From Cyanobacteriota bacterium (GTDB taxonomy: Bacteria > Acidobacteriota > Vicinamibacteria > Vicinamibacterales > UBA2999), in the NCBI GenBank assembly GCA_019752015.1, contig JAIEMQ010000006.1, positions 421,118-485,117 on the forward strand: a DNA stretch of 64,000 nt. Reading direction: 5' to 3'. Positions 1-8,375 of the stretch are shown here, piece after piece; positions within the stretch are counted from its first letter, which is position 1; each line of letters starts with the position of its first letter. A model generated the notes under the pieces. The model was not told the DNA's origin. It saw nothing but the letters and a program-made list of their open reading frames with translations, and ran no database searches. The position numbers and the translations under genes are program-made.

Positions 1-2
1 CG

Positions 3-635
3 CCGGTCGAGCGCTGGATCGAGCGCTTCGCCGCGGTCTACACGCCGGTCGTCACGTTTGCGGCGATCGCGGTCGTCGTCGGGCCGCCGCTGCTATTTTC
101 TCTGACCGGCCTCCGGCCGGTCGATAGTGGCGAGTGGGGCGTGTGGTTTTATCGCGGGCTGATCTTCCTGGTGCTGGCCTGCCCGTGCGCGCTCGTGATC
201 TCGACGCCCGTCACCGTCGTCGCCGCGCTCACATCCGCCGCACGACGAGGTGTGCTGTTCAAAGGCGGGGGACCACTTGAGCGAGTCGCCCAGGCGAAGT
301 CGGCCACGTTGCAGGCGGTGCGCGAGGCCGGAGTCAATGTGCAATGCCGGACGCAGACTCAGACTCCAGGAGAGCCTGCCTCGCCGGAGCCTTGGCGAAG
401 GCGGGACGTGGTGCTGACGTGTGATCACGACGAAGACATCCAGTTTCTGGTCAGCCACTCGAAGAGGGCCTTGCGCGTCATCAGGCAGAACGTCTCGATC
501 GCGCTGGCGACGAAGTTTGCGTTCCTGGCGTTTGCAGTGTTCGGCGCAGCGCCGTTGTGGCTGGCGGTTGTCGCGGATACAGGCGCGACGGTGATCGTGA
601 CACTGAACGGTCTCCGTCTGTTACGCGCTGACTAG
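3..635 (+). pseudogene. P1B-type heavy-metal ATPase, C-terminal remnant with internal deletions (5' end off-window)
   Basis: The frame of ORF 141..635 is open from nt 3 (PVERWIERFAAVYTPVV...). The CPC transport motif (ACPCALVISTP, Cys-Pro-Cys at 180-188) and the last-TM signature (WLAVVADTGATVIVTLNGLRLLR) are present. DKTGT, TGD and GDGxND motifs are absent. Only ~70 aa lie where ~300 aa of P/N domain are expected. Confidence 0.6.
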
Positions 636-657
636 GACTAGGGGGAACATGCGCTCG

Positions 658-927
658 GCGTCGTGTCTTTCACGAGCGGATCATCGGTCGCGGCCTCCGC
701 GGACTGCCGGCAACGCTGACGCGTTGCCGCTTCTCCTCTCGGAGCGCGGGAAACCGCACCTCACTCGCCGGATTGCGCGGCTTCGCTGTGAACGCGTGAT
801 TCCGAATTCGCCTTCGCTGGAGCGGAATCACGCGTGCAATCCGTCTCGTTCGGCTCGGTTTCGCGCCTTCGCTGAGTCCGCGCTCCTCAAGTCGGCCGCG
901 CCCGATGATCCGCTCGTCGCACGACGC
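658..927. repeat. Long imperfect palindrome (~270 bp), copy 1 of a repeated hairpin (MITE/REP-like) element
   Basis: gcgtcgtg (658-665) pairs with cacgacgc (920-927). Inner arms gggaaaccgcacctcactcgccggattgcgcg...gcgtgattccg / cggaatcacgc...ggtttcgcgcc are centred near the gaattc at 806-811. An extra perfect 8-bp hairpin ggcaacgc-tga-gcgttgcc sits in the left arm. Confidence 0.8.
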
Positions 928-1104
928 CTCGCCCCGTAGTTTGAGGCAAGGTCCGATAATGTGTGGAGATGGCATGGAGCTGCGGCAGCCAGCGCGACCC
1001 TGTGATGGTTAGATTTTCACATTCGGCTTCGTCGTCTGTGCCTTCTTCCTATGGTGGAACCGGCCGACGTACTACAAAGGAGAGTGAAGGGAGCCCGCGA
1101 GGCG

Positions 1105-1276
1105 CCACGACGAGCGGGTCACCGGGCGCGGCCGACTTCGAGGGATGCGGACGAAGAATGCTGAAACCGCGTCGAGTGAGACGAATTGCACGCATGATTC
1201 CGGAGTCCCCTGGGTCCGTCGGAATCATGCGTCACAGTGAAAGCGCGCAATTCGGCGAAGGAGATGCGGTTTCCCG
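1105..1276. repeat. Copy 2 of the same palindromic element, inverted relative to copy 1, right arm truncated
   Basis: The segment cggccgacttcgaggg...gaaaccgcgtcgagtgagacgaattgcacgcatgattccg...cggaatcatgcgtcacagtgaaagcgcgcaattcggcgaaggagatgcggtttccc aligns by eye at roughly 75-80% identity with the reverse complement of copy 1. Confidence 0.75.
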
Positions 1277-1293
1277 GGCCTTATTCTACGTGC

Positions 1294-1968
1294 ATGATGA
1301 AGCTCGTTTATGCGTTGGCCGTGATTGGCGCGCTGGCCGCAGGCCGCCTCGAACAGGCGAAACCGGCGCTCGACTCGTTGTCCTGGATGTCCGGATCGTG
1401 GACGGGAACGACTGCCGGCGTCGACATGGAGGAGCACTGGACGGCTGCGAAAGGCAACTCGATGATCGGCATCCATCGCGACGTCGCCAAGGGACGCACC
1501 GTCTCCTTCGAGTTCCTGCGGATCGAAGTGCAGAAGGATCAGATCGTCTACTTGTCGATGCCGAACGGCCGCTCACCCGCGACGCCGTTTCCGCTCAAGG
1601 AAGTCTCGGGCACGCGCGTCGTGTTTGAACATCCGACCCACGATTTCCCGCAGCGCATCATCTACTGGAAAGACGGCAACGACCTTCGCGCGCGCATCGA
1701 GGGGACGATGAACGGGAAGGCTGGAAGCGAAGAATGGAGATGGAGTCCCGGCGGCCTGAAGTGCCCGCCGGGCCTGGTGGGTGTTACTGCTGCGCCTGCG
1801 GACGGCGCTGACGCGGACCGCGGTTGTCGCGCGATTCCTTCAGCTTCGCGAGCTGCTCGGCCGTCAGGATCTGCATCGACTCCTTGCGGAGCTTCGCCTG
1901 CAGAATCGCCACTTCGGCTTCGGCCGCGGCCACTTCCTGGCTCCTGGCGCGAATCGCGTTTTCGTTGA
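1294..1968 (+). CDS. Exported DUF6265-like protein; the last ~65 codons are probably a non-native read-through tail
   Basis: ATG at 1294 gives signal-like MMKLVYALAVIGALAAG. It then reads SWMSGSWTG...EEHW...VFEHPTHDFPQRIIYW...RARIEGTMNGK, a family recognised from memory. There is no stop before 1968, so the 3' 185 nt are antisense to the convergent Spy-like gene. Confidence 0.6.
   Translation: MMKLVYALAVIGALAAGRLEQAKPALDSLSWMSGSWTGTTAGVDMEEHWTAAKGNSMIGIHRDVAKGRTVSFEFLRIEVQKDQIVYLSMPNGRSPATPFPLKEVSGTRVVFEHPTHDFPQRIIYWKDGNDLRARIEGTMNGKAGSEEWRWSPGGLKCPPGLVGVTAAPADGADADRGCRAIPSASRAARPSGSASTPCGASPAESPLRLRPRPLPGSWRESRFR
1747..1772. terminator. GC-rich hairpin between convergent genes (bidirectional terminator-like)
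   Basis: CCCGGCGG (1747-1754) and CCGCCGGG (1765-1772) form a perfect 8-bp stem with a 10-nt loop. It lies 12 nt downstream of the Spy-like stop, at the point where DUF6265 homology ends. Confidence 0.4.
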
Positions 1969-2284
1969 TCGCGTCGGCCTCGAGCAACTGGCGCATCCCC
2001 TGGTGCGCGGCGCCGAGCTTGTCGGCGGCCGCCTTGAACTCAGCCTGGCGCGCGTCGCGGATCTTCTTCAACTGCGCCTTCTGATCGTCGCTGAGATCGA
2101 GGCTGCGGAATTCCATTCCGCCCGGTCCGCCCGGGCCGCGACGCATGCCCGGTCCGCCGGGTCCGCGCATCCCCTGACCTCCGCGCTGTCGCGGCTGGTC
2201 TTGCGCCATCACCATCGGCGCTGCCGCCGCCATCGTCACCACCGCCAGCGCGGCTGCGAGAGAAGCCTTGAATCGTGTCGTCAT
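1784..2284 (-). CDS. Spy/CpxP-family periplasmic protein (LTxxQ repeats)
   Basis: ATG at 2284 is preceded by GGAGGA. The signal peptide is MTTRFKASLAAALAVVTMAAAAPMVMAQ. Two LTxxQ-type motifs are present (LDLSDDQKAQL, LTAEQLAKL). The mature N-terminus is Gly/Pro/Arg-rich. Confidence 0.85.
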   Translation of the reverse strand: MTTRFKASLAAALAVVTMAAAAPMVMAQDQPRQRGGQGMRGPGGPGMRRGPGGPGGMEFRSLDLSDDQKAQLKKIRDARQAEFKAAADKLGAAHQGMRQLLEADAINENAIRARSQEVAAAEAEVAILQAKLRKESMQILTAEQLAKLKESRDNRGPRQRRPQAQQ

Positions 2285-2419
2285 GAAACTGTTCCTCCAG
2301 TGAACTGCTACTGGCTTAGTAGACGGGATTATTGAGGCAACGCTGTGGCCGCGGTGTGATAAATCCGTGGCAGCTTCCAGACTGGTTTTCCCGCCCAAAA
2401 TCTGTGGAAGACTTAACAC

Positions 2420-3130
2420 GTGTCACGGGTCCTGGTCGTTGAAGACGAAGCGCACATCCGCGAGCTGATCCAGCTCCACCTCGGCCTCGAGGGTCTCGAC
2501 ATCGAAGCGGTGGGCGACGGCCAGAAAGCGCTCGTTCGCGCGGGCTCCGCGCCCTTCGATCTCGTCATACTCGACTTGATGTTGCCCGGTGTCGACGGCA
2601 TTTCGATCGCGCGCGCGATCCGGCGCGAGGGTCCCAACCAGGACGTGCCGATCCTGATCCTCACGGCGCGCAGCGAGGAGAGCGACAAAGTGCTCGGCCT
2701 CGAGAGCGGCGCCGACGACTACCTGTCGAAGCCCTTCGGCGTGCGCGAGCTGGTCGCCCGCGCGCGCGCGTTGCTGCGCCGTCCTCGCCGATCACAGTTA
2801 CAGGCGGAAGCCGCAACGGGCGGCGAGCGGCCGCTCGAGATCCACGGGCTCCACATCGATCCGTCGCGGCGTCTCGTGAAGATCAAGGGCGAGGCGATCG
2901 ATCTCACCGCGCAGGAATTCCGGTTGCTGCTGGTGCTCGCGTCGCACCCCGGCATCGTGTTCAGCCGCGAAGCGCTGCTGACGCGCGTCTGGCCCGATCA
3001 CACCTTCGTCACCGAGCGCAGCGTGGATTCGCTCGTCAAACGCTTACGGCGTCGAATCGAGAAGGACCCCGCCGATCCCCAGATCATCCTGACGGTGTGG
3101 GGCAGCGGTTATAAGTGCGCGGATGTCTAA
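2420..3130 (+). CDS. OmpR/PhoB-family response regulator
   Basis: The receiver reads VLVVEDE...DLVILDLMLPGVDG...LTAR...DDYLSKPF. A C-terminal winged helix follows (LTAQEFRLLLVLASHPGIVFSRE...VWGSGYK). Confidence 0.95.
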   Translation: MSRVLVVEDEAHIRELIQLHLGLEGLDIEAVGDGQKALVRAGSAPFDLVILDLMLPGVDGISIARAIRREGPNQDVPILILTARSEESDKVLGLESGADDYLSKPFGVRELVARARALLRRPRRSQLQAEAATGGERPLEIHGLHIDPSRRLVKIKGEAIDLTAQEFRLLLVLASHPGIVFSREALLTRVWPDHTFVTERSVDSLVKRLRRRIEKDPADPQIILTVWGSGYKCADV

Positions 3131-4688
3131 GCGAGCCTTTGCCAAGTCGCTGTATTGGCGTATCGGCTTCGGATTCATTTTCTTTCTCGCCGTCACGCTG
3201 ACGCTCCAAGTCGCGCTGTTCATCTGGGTGGCCGGTGAAACAGAAGGCGGCATGCCCGAGCGCATGGGCCGCGACTTCGCCGAGCTCGTGGCCTCTGAAT
3301 TCGAAGCCGCGCTGGCGCGCGATCCGAAACTCGATCTGCGCGCGTATGCCGAGCGGCGCGTGAAAGAGCTGCATCGTCCGGCGGCAATCATTTTTCAGGA
3401 CGGGACCGCGATCGCCCCCCCAGGCACTGAAGTCCCGCGCGGGATGCGATTCCCCGGCGGTCCTTTCCGTCGTCGTGGGCCCGGTGCCCCCGATCGAGGC
3501 GGCGATCGTCCCGGTGAGCGTCACGGACCGCCGCCCGATGATCGCTTCGGCGGGCCTCCGCCCGACGGCGGCGGGCCGCGCATGTTCGGACCACGCCGCG
3601 GGCCGGTGATGGCGCCGATTCAGCACAACGACGCCATCGTCGCCGTCGTCTGGGTGCCGCCGCTGACCGGACTGCGCCGATTTGCGGAGGCGGTTGGCGG
3701 ACCGCTGGCGTTCGGTGTGGTGCTGCTGTTAATCGCGGGCACGGTCGTGGCGGCGCTCGTCATTTTCCGGCCGGCGCAGGCGCGCCTGCGCGCGCTCGAG
3801 GACGCGGCGAATCGATTCGGCGAGGGCGATCTCACCGCGCGCGCGCCCGCCATTGGCGGCGACGAAGTGGCGGCGGTGGCGGACGCGTTCAATCGCATGG
3901 CGTCGGATCTCTCGGCGCGCCAGGCGCAGCTGGTCGAAGCCGATCGCGCGCGTCGTCAGCTGCTTGCGGATGTGTCGCATGAGTTGATGACGCCGCTGAC
4001 GGCGATCCGCGGCTACGCGGAAACGCTGGCGCTGCCGCAATTCATCCCGCCGTCCGCTGAAGGCCAGCGCGCCGTCAAGGTGATCCAGGAGGAAGGCGAG
4101 CGGATCGAGCGATTGGTGAAAGACCTGCTCGACCTCGCGCGCTTCGAAGCCGGCGGATTGTCGCTCGATCTCGAGAATGTCGACGTCGATGAAATCTTCG
4201 AGCGCGTGTCGGAGCGCCACGCGAAGGCGGCCGAGGACAAGGGCGTGACGATCGCGATCGATCCGCACGACGAGGACATCCGCATGGTGGCCGATCCGAT
4301 GCGGCTCGAACAGGCGATGCAGAACCTGGCCGCCAACGCGCTTCGTCATACGCCGCCGGGCGGCAGCGTGCGGCTTGGCGCATTCCGCGAAGACGGCAGG
4401 GTTCGATTGACCGTGACCGACAACGGGGTGGGGATTCCCGTTGAACACCTGCCGCACGTGTTCGATCGCTTCTACAAGGCCGATCAGTCCCGGTTGCAGT
4501 CAGGAGGATCCGGTCTTGGCCTGTCGATCGTGAAAGCGATCGTCGAGCGGCACGGCGGCACGGCGTCCGTGCGCAGCCGTCAGGGCGTGGAGACGGTGTT
4601 CGAGCTGTCGTTTCCCAGCCTGTCTCGCCGTAGCGCGGCACGCGCGGAGGCGGATCGCGAGCGCAGCAACATCGAAAAAATGCCCTGA
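3123..4688 (+). CDS. HAMP-domain sensor histidine kinase
   Basis: The ATG overlaps the regulator stop (ATGTCTAA). There are two TM segments and an H-box LADVSHELMTPLTAIRGYAE. N/G boxes are QNLAANALRHTP, DNGVGIP and GGSGLGLSIV. The periplasmic loop is Gly/Pro/Arg-rich. Confidence 0.95.
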   Translation: MSKRAFAKSLYWRIGFGFIFFLAVTLTLQVALFIWVAGETEGGMPERMGRDFAELVASEFEAALARDPKLDLRAYAERRVKELHRPAAIIFQDGTAIAPPGTEVPRGMRFPGGPFRRRGPGAPDRGGDRPGERHGPPPDDRFGGPPPDGGGPRMFGPRRGPVMAPIQHNDAIVAVVWVPPLTGLRRFAEAVGGPLAFGVVLLLIAGTVVAALVIFRPAQARLRALEDAANRFGEGDLTARAPAIGGDEVAAVADAFNRMASDLSARQAQLVEADRARRQLLADVSHELMTPLTAIRGYAETLALPQFIPPSAEGQRAVKVIQEEGERIERLVKDLLDLARFEAGGLSLDLENVDVDEIFERVSERHAKAAEDKGVTIAIDPHDEDIRMVADPMRLEQAMQNLAANALRHTPPGGSVRLGAFREDGRVRLTVTDNGVGIPVEHLPHVFDRFYKADQSRLQSGGSGLGLSIVKAIVERHGGTASVRSRQGVETVFELSFPSLSRRSAARAEADRERSNIEKMP

Positions 4689-7600
4689 AGGAGATCGGTG
4701 TGATCGGCGAGCACGTCGAACAGCCCGCCGCGATCGATCCGCAGGATCACGCTGTCGCTGTTCGCCGTCACCGTCGCGTCCATCGGCGATCCGGCGAGCG
4801 TTTCATACATGCCGATGACGTCACCCGCGTCGGCGATTCCTGTTTGCGCGGCGTCTTCAACGCGCAACGTTCCCGACAGCACCACCAGGATCGACGCCTC
4901 GGTTCCTTTCGCGATCGCCTCCTTGCCCGCAGCGAGTCGCAGCTCTCTCGCGACCGATGACAGCCGCCACAGCTGCGCCGCGGTCGCGTGAGCGAGCAGC
5001 GGGCTCGACTGCAACAGCAGCGCGCGATCGAGCGGCCGCAGGTCCGCCGCCGCCTTCATGTCGGCCGGTAACGTGCCCGGAATCAACGTATGCCCGGTCG
5101 ACAGGTTGTGCGTCGCGATCAGCATCCGGAAAATGCCCTCCGCGAGCTCGACGTTCTCCGATAGCAACGCGAGGAATTCATCGGCCGTCAGCGACAGCGT
5201 GATCGATCGATCGGCGGCGGTGATGCGCTCCGGCATCGGCGATCCTTCGAGCAGCTGCTCGAAGCCAAGCGCCGCCGGCGCATTAATAAACGGAGCCTGG
5301 CTCGCCGTAGCGTCCTCGCGAAGGCGGCTGTGACTGACGCGGCCGTCGAGCAGGAACTGGATCGACTGGACGTTCTCGCCCTTTTCGAAGACGACGCGGC
5401 CCTGTTCGTAGCGGACCTGCCGCCCCAGCCGCGCCAGCCGGAACATCTCGTCGATGTGCGTGAAGTCGAACAGCGGCACACGCCGCAACCGATCGGCCAG
5501 TTCCGCCGCGGGCAGCGCCTCCTGCCACAGCTCCTTGCGCCGCTCGGCCTTGACGCGGTGCGCCGCCAGCGCCCACGACGCGGCCTCGAACACATGCTGA
5601 TCGCGGATGTCGCGATGCGCGAGCACGTGCTCGATGTCGTCGGCCAGCGACCACAGGCCTTTCGATTCGACCAGCATGATTGCTGCCGACGCGATCGATT
5701 GATCCTCGTCGTGCAGCAGCTGCGCGACGGTGTCTTCCACATCGCGCGTGCGCGTGCGGTAGATCACGTTGCCTTTGCGGATCCGCTCTTCCGCCGGCAT
5801 GTCCTCGACCAGCAGCATGACGCGCTTGCGCACGTCGCCGCTCAACAGGTTATCGAGATACTCGACCGCGCGCGACCCGAGCTTGACGTCGGGATCCTTG
5901 ATCGCGTGACGCACCGCCGCGATGTCCGACGGCGGATGGATCAGCGCCAGCAGGTTGAACATGCGGTTGCTGGCGCGCGCATATTTCTCCGCGAGCGCGC
6001 GGCCCAGCAGCAGGCTGGTGTCCAGACCGCCGGCCACGAACAGGTTGTGATGCAGCGTCAAGGCGTTGAAGGCGCGCGCCGCCTCGGCGGTGATGTGCCG
6101 GGACACGATCGTCGGATCGATCGTGAGGTCGGGATGATCGCGATGGATGCGATCGAGCGCCATCATCGCCTTGAAGCGCACGAACCCGTCGCTGTCGTCC
6201 AGCGCCGTGGTCAGCGCCGCCACCGATGCCGGCACCGGCAGCAGCGCCAGCGTGGACGGCACGTGACGCCGGATCCAGGGGTCCTCTTCCTGGTCGGCCA
6301 TGAAATAGGTCAGCGGCGCGATCACCGCTTCGCCGTAGCCGACGAGCACGGATCGGGCCACCGACTTCAACCGCCGGTTGCGCAGCAGCGAGACGAGCGG
6401 CGGCAGGAAGAGGAAATCGCCGGCGCCCAGCGTGCCGGCGCTTTCGATCGCCGCCCGCGCCACCTCGAGGTTGGCGTCGTACATCAGCGGGATGAGCAGC
6501 GGACGGAATTCCGGACTGGTGATGTCGCCAAGCGCGCGCGCCACTTGCAGCCGCCACTGCGCGCGCTGTTCCCGAACGTCCGCGGAGTAACGCTGCAGCG
6601 TTTCTTCCGCGATCCGCACGTCGGCGGCATTCGGACTCGATGCGAGCGCGGCCGCCGCGACGATGGCCAGTGCCGGATCGTCGCCCTTGATGAACGGCCG
6701 CATCACGTCGGCCGCGGCGCCACCGCGCAGCACGGCGAGCGCCGAGACCGCGGCGATCCGAACCGCGCTGTCGCTGTCTTTCAGCGATCGCTCGACGCCG
6801 GGCACCCACCGATCGGCGAGTTTCCTGTCCACCGTCTCGGCGATCCGCAGCGCCCGCGCGCGCACCGCCGCGTCGCCGTGCGCGAGCAGCAATGGCGTGA
6901 CGAGGTGGCGCTTCTCCATCGCATCGAGCAGATCGATCGCGTACAGCACCCGCCGTGAATCGGGATGCGCCAGCTCGCTGACCAGCGTTTCAACCGTCGC
7001 TGGATCCGGATCCTTCAACCGCAGCGTGGCCGGTTCGACCACCCGCTGTTCGATGCTGCGGCGGAACGATCGCAGGTATTCGCGCCGCGCCGCCATTGCC
7101 GTCAGCACCCACAGCCCGACCATGGTCAGGCTTGCGTAGCTCAGTTGCTGCCAGTCGAGGCCGGCGCCCCAGTCCTTGATCAGCACCAGGATCAGCAGCG
7201 CGCCCATCCCCTTGGCAAAACGATCCATCGTCACGTCGATGAACGGCTTGGCCCGGTACTTGAGCTCGGAGGGCAGCGGCAGAAACAGCACTTCACGCGA
7301 GGTCTTGTCCACGGTGTAGCGCAGCGAGGTGTCGAGGATGCGCGCCAGGCCCGGCGCCCACAGCGCGCGGTTGAACAGCATGATCACCGCGGTGGTGCCG
7401 AGGCTCATCGGCAGGATCAGCAGGGCGAAGCCGATCCCGAGCACGCGATGAATGCGGCTGGTCAGCCCGACCTGGATCACGAACCCGATCAGCGACAGAT
7501 AGACCGTGACCTGCGCGAGGAATGCGGCGATCGCATCCGAGTTGGTGGCGCCCTTCGCTTCGGCGGCCGCCATGTTCAACTGCTGCTCGATGATCGCCGC

Positions 7601-8350
7601 GCCGATCGCCGCAAACGCGATCACCATCGCGATCACCTGCAGGTGCCGCGACGATCGCAGCAGCGCGATCGCCTCGCTGCCGCTGGTGCCCTTCTCCTCG
7701 CCGGTCTGCGTGGCGTCGCTGCGGCCCGCGCTCTCTTCACGCCGCAGCACGAACGTGACGATGGCGACGCAGACCGCCATGATCGACGCGCTGACCAGCA
7801 GCATGTTCCTGGCGCCGATGTTCTCCACCAGGAACGCCGTCATCGCCGCGCCGGTCGCGCCGCCGAGACTGGCGCCGCCGCCGATGAAACCGAACACCCG
7901 CTTCGCCTGACGCGGATCGTAGATGTCGTTCGCCAGCGTCCAGAACTGGCTGATCAGCAGCACCGCCAGGATCAATCCGACAATGTAGAAGGCGACGGCA
8001 ATCCAGTCCTGCCCGATCGTCGTGAACAGGAACCAGAACCCCACGAGCAGCGCTGCCATGCCGGCCTGCGTGATCGGAATCGTGCGCCGCCGCGGCACGG
8101 CGCGCATCACCCAGATGTAGCCCTGCATGATGAAACCGATCAGCACGCCGGCGACGAACTGCACGTACGGCAGGTTGTCCGCGCCGAGGCTCGAGATGAA
8201 TTCCGATCGCGTGATCGGCTTGATGATGTTGTAGCTCGTCATCGCCAGGAATGAATACAGGAACATCAACAGCGCGGTCGTCGACTCGCCGTCGCGCAGC
8301 TGAACGATCGAGCGCAGCAGCCGGGCGATCAAAGACGGACGTCCGGGCAT
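4580..8350 (-). CDS. TLC/Npt-like (ATP:ADP-antiporter-type MFS) membrane domain fused to HEAT repeats and two C-terminal cyclic-nucleotide-binding domains
   Basis: The protein is 1256 aa. The N-terminal ~440 aa are polytopic (LLMFLYSFLAMTSYNIIKPITRSEFI...). Multiple HEAT-like units follow (LKDSDSAVRIAAVSALAVL, MYDANLEVARAAIESAG, LDDSDGFVRFKAMMAL). Two cNMP-type units lie within ~4580-5488 (VPLFDFTHIDEMFRLARL...FEKGE..., LLLQSSPLLAHATAAQLWRL...GDVIGMYETLAG). Confidence 0.8.
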   Translation of the reverse strand: MPGRPSLIARLLRSIVQLRDGESTTALLMFLYSFLAMTSYNIIKPITRSEFISSLGADNLPYVQFVAGVLIGFIMQGYIWVMRAVPRRRTIPITQAGMAALLVGFWFLFTTIGQDWIAVAFYIVGLILAVLLISQFWTLANDIYDPRQAKRVFGFIGGGASLGGATGAAMTAFLVENIGARNMLLVSASIMAVCVAIVTFVLRREESAGRSDATQTGEEKGTSGSEAIALLRSSRHLQVIAMVIAFAAIGAAIIEQQLNMAAAEAKGATNSDAIAAFLAQVTVYLSLIGFVIQVGLTSRIHRVLGIGFALLILPMSLGTTAVIMLFNRALWAPGLARILDTSLRYTVDKTSREVLFLPLPSELKYRAKPFIDVTMDRFAKGMGALLILVLIKDWGAGLDWQQLSYASLTMVGLWVLTAMAARREYLRSFRRSIEQRVVEPATLRLKDPDPATVETLVSELAHPDSRRVLYAIDLLDAMEKRHLVTPLLLAHGDAAVRARALRIAETVDRKLADRWVPGVERSLKDSDSAVRIAAVSALAVLRGGAAADVMRPFIKGDDPALAIVAAAALASSPNAADVRIAEETLQRYSADVREQRAQWRLQVARALGDITSPEFRPLLIPLMYDANLEVARAAIESAGTLGAGDFLFLPPLVSLLRNRRLKSVARSVLVGYGEAVIAPLTYFMADQEEDPWIRRHVPSTLALLPVPASVAALTTALDDSDGFVRFKAMMALDRIHRDHPDLTIDPTIVSRHITAEAARAFNALTLHHNLFVAGGLDTSLLLGRALAEKYARASNRMFNLLALIHPPSDIAAVRHAIKDPDVKLGSRAVEYLDNLLSGDVRKRVMLLVEDMPAEERIRKGNVIYRTRTRDVEDTVAQLLHDEDQSIASAAIMLVESKGLWSLADDIEHVLAHRDIRDQHVFEAASWALAAHRVKAERRKELWQEALPAAELADRLRRVPLFDFTHIDEMFRLARLGRQVRYEQGRVVFEKGENVQSIQFLLDGRVSHSRLREDATASQAPFINAPAALGFEQLLEGSPMPERITAADRSITLSLTADEFLALLSENVELAEGIFRMLIATHNLSTGHTLIPGTLPADMKAAADLRPLDRALLLQSSPLLAHATAAQLWRLSSVARELRLAAGKEAIAKGTEASILVVLSGTLRVEDAAQTGIADAGDVIGMYETLAGSPMDATVTANSDSVILRIDRGGLFDVLADHTDLLQGIFSMLLRSRSASARAALRRDRLGNDSSNTVSTP

Positions 8351-8375
8351 GGCTGAGGTGTGAGAATCTTATCCC

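Noticed and set aside
649-1628. ORFs 649..939(+), 670..975(-) and 963..1628(+) in the region between the ATPase remnant and the DUF6265-like gene.
   Set aside because: They are translations of the two palindromic repeat copies. The mirror-image peptides on both strands are Arg/Ser/Pro-rich, and there are no start or RBS contexts.
2343-2407. Three YCYGTGG half-site-like motifs (2343, 2365 and 2402) in the Spy-like/regulator intergenic region, considered as OmpR-type binding sites.
   Set aside because: The motifs are short, with irregular spacing of 22 and 37 nt, and such matches are easily produced by chance in GC-rich DNA. They are not supportable without comparative data.
5330-8254. Long plus-strand ORFs (5330..6958 at 542 aa, 6965..8254 at 429 aa, and several 100-300-aa ORFs) antisense to the 1256-aa transporter-HEAT gene.
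   Set aside because: These are shadow ORFs typical of high-G+C DNA. Their composition is Arg/Ala/Gly/Pro/His-dominated (RRRHR..., QRGRH...) with no recognisable motifs, and they fully overlap a gene with clear domain structure. The same reasoning applies to 8760..9827(-), 11949..13040(+), 13730..14965(+), 36260..37972(-), 40885..41739(-), 43089..44855(-), 45113..46258(-), 47486..48703(-), 49504..50451(-), 52587..54050(-), 53930..54859(+), 56457..57671(-), 59737..61104(+) and 30062..31120(+).
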